DNA of 64,000 nt from Phoronis australis (Eukaryota > Animalia > Phoronida). The stretch is from NCBI GenBank assembly GCA_002633005.1, contig NMRA01000122.1, forward strand, positions 624,182 to 688,181, in the 5' to 3' direction. The position numbers and the translations under genes were made by a program. Each line of letters starts with the position of its first letter. Position 1 is the stretch's first letter. Positions 62,401 to 64,000 of the stretch are shown here, piece after piece. The notes under the pieces are model-generated. The model was not told the origin of the DNA. It did no database searches and saw only the letters and a program-made list of their open reading frames with translations.

Positions 62401-63830
62401 AGACAGTAGGCGGGCGTGTGCATCCATCCGTGGCGACGCTCAGCTCTACACCCTTATCCGAGGTACGTAATTCAAAGGACGTTTTGGTTATACCGCCTCT
62501 ACAGAGAGTTGGCCAGGCGTCACACTGTATGGCACGTTATGAAATCAAACAAGACCGAAATTATCGCTCATCTTGTGAAATAAGATAATGTCGGTAGATC
62601 ACAGTGATGGAGAGTGTATTGATTTGTTCTAAGCATCGGTCTTCGGTTCTCACAACCCAGTACAATTTTTGCCAAAAGTTGCTTACGAGTAAAACGTGAC
62701 AAGATAAAAATGGCGCATTCCCAATGCACGCTCTTTAAAACTGACTTTTCATACTTTTTTTTTTTTAAAATTTTTTTTATTCTCCCAGTTCAACATAAGT
62801 AAGGACAAAGGTCTGGGATTCCCTTGCCTTACTTTACAATTCAATGAAAATAAAGTTTACTAAGTTAAAAATATACGTGAACCGGATTTTGAAATAGATT
62901 TAACAAAAGAAAACAAAAACATTACAAGACAATATAGTAGTATATGGCTCTGAAAAAAAAGGAGGGGGGAGAGTATTTTGGAATGATAAAATATCCTTAC
63001 ATTGCTATTAAATTATGCATTTGTGACCACCTGTTTGTAAATTTTTCCATTTGTAAATTTTTTGAATAAATATATTTTTCACTGGAGTAATAACTGTTAA
63101 TTTCTTTTGTTAATACAATTAAATTTGGAGGTTTACCCTTGAGACGTTGCTTATATAAATGGAACTTGGTGAGACACAAGATTTTTCATACTTACTGTTT
63201 TCAATCCTGGTGCAAATTCGACACGATTTCCGTTCTTGGGAACAACTGACAATTCGTTACAGCTTTAGACCAAACTTGATAAATTCACGTATCACAGGGT
63301 CATTATAGCGCCGAGTACGGTCTCAAACATTACCAAAGGATCAGTTCTCTATACTAAAATGATTCCATGTAAGGTACAGTGGAAAAAGATTCTTTGTCAG
63401 CGGCTGTAAGATCCAATAGCGTGTCACTCGAGTTAAATGCCAAATGCGGAACCAACAGTTTCAATGCCTCGCAGGAGTAGTGTCAATTTCGACTTCTGGA
63501 CGGATCTGTTGACCTTCAGTGTGGTCTTCAAACCACATAAAGCCAAATCTCCAGTAACAGTAGGTCCAGATGTAAAGTAGTAGCTCAGCACTCCACGACT
63601 CTCATTTTATTGGCTACATTCTTCATAACGTGATGTTAACCAAATTTCGATTTTCATTTCAGAATCTTCGCCAAGAATGATACCCTGTCCGTTCGAGGGA
63701 CCATTCTCGTTTGGTTACGATAATGGGTCAGTTTTCTGTGAAGATCCCAACTCTTCCATAACAACGTGCGCGAATCCGGCTCATCTGAAATTTCATTTTA
63801 AGGAGTGCGGCTTCGGCTCTGAAACGCAAA
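40222..63830 (+). CDS. Secreted Cys-rich protein resembling the uncharacterised DUF7044/DUF7042(/DUF7043) family; 3' part outside the window
   Basis: Exons 40222-40285, 54049-54193, 61893-61963, 62388-62462 and 63663-63830 join in frame (phases 1,2,1,1,1): MKMKVDFTSSLVILLLFAACQVDSCTFPQQWQGSWY...KGTCFEKEGDKYIV...CYSCLAVIKRHENVLQYKESHC...CASIRGDAQLYTLIR...PCPFEGPFSFGYDNGSVFCEDPNSSITTCAN...FHFKEC. There is an N-terminal signal peptide. Family assignment rests on remembered motifs (CxFPxxWxGxW, HxNVLQYKE, CPFxGPFxFxY), not on a search. Confidence 0.8.
41372..41414. repeat. (GA)n microsatellite, about 21 units
   Basis: Direct reading; explains the ERERER stretch in ORF 41309-41497. Confidence 0.98.
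53705..53905. repeat. Degenerate trinucleotide (GTC/ATC/GTT)n low-complexity tract
   Basis: 3-bp periodicity that produces the spurious V/I-rich and T/K-rich ORFs. Confidence 0.8.
54049..54193 (+). CDS. Secreted Cys-rich protein exon 2 (DSCTFPQQWQGSWY...KRAN)
   Basis: tttcag| and |gtaacg; inside ORF 53979-54197. Confidence 0.85.
61893..61963 (+). CDS. Secreted Cys-rich protein exon 3 (DGDPCYSCLAVIKRHENVLQYKE)
   Basis: ttttccag| and |gtaagt. Confidence 0.85.
62388..62462 (+). CDS. Secreted Cys-rich protein exon 4 (HCVEDSRRACASIRGDAQLYTLIR)
   Basis: ttttag| and |gtacgt. Confidence 0.83.
63663..63830 (+). CDS. Secreted Cys-rich protein exon 5 (SSPRMIPCPFEGPFSFGY...ECGFGSETQ)
   Basis: tttcag| and |gtacgt. 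Confidence 0.87.
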
Positions 63831-64000
63831 GTACGTAACAAATATAAACAATAGTAGAAAAATTAATTGTAGTGAATATAGATTGGTTTAAAATTAACCA
63901 TCTAATGAAACGCATTTACTGAGTAAGCCAACCCAAGCACATTATGATACTGAGATTAGTTAGATTATCTCCACATGTAACCAGATGAGATATTTTCAGA

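Overview
AT-rich, intron-containing animal genomic DNA, probably a marine invertebrate (inference only; the species cannot be determined from the sequence). It is not prokaryotic, and most entries in the ORF track are spurious. Three spliced genes were reconstructed by hand from GT-AG junctions with consistent intron phases. (1) DPYD (dihydropyrimidine dehydrogenase) on the minus strand: 15 coding exons from the ATG at 21366 down to 347, continuing off the left edge, with exon sizes matching human DPYD except for one fused exon. (2) A complete 10-exon, 423-aa LEXM/CIMAP2-like PGPGxY-repeat (STPGR) ciliary gene on the plus strand (23949-31997), head-to-head with DPYD. (3) The 5' part of a secreted Cys-rich protein resembling the uncharacterised DUF7044/DUF7042 family (plus strand, from 40222, continuing off the right edge), with 13.8-kb and 7.7-kb introns. 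Introns hold non-autonomous DNA transposons (Tc2-like, Tourist/Harbinger-like, hAT-like) and minisatellites. I found no convincing novel multi-gene system. The most unusual signals are a 12-copy minisatellite built from a DPYD exon/intron junction (decoy 5' splice sites behind an in-frame stop), a co-oriented cluster of CTCF-like motifs, one STPGR repeat per symmetric exon in LEXM, and a sharp CpG-depletion boundary near 34 kb.
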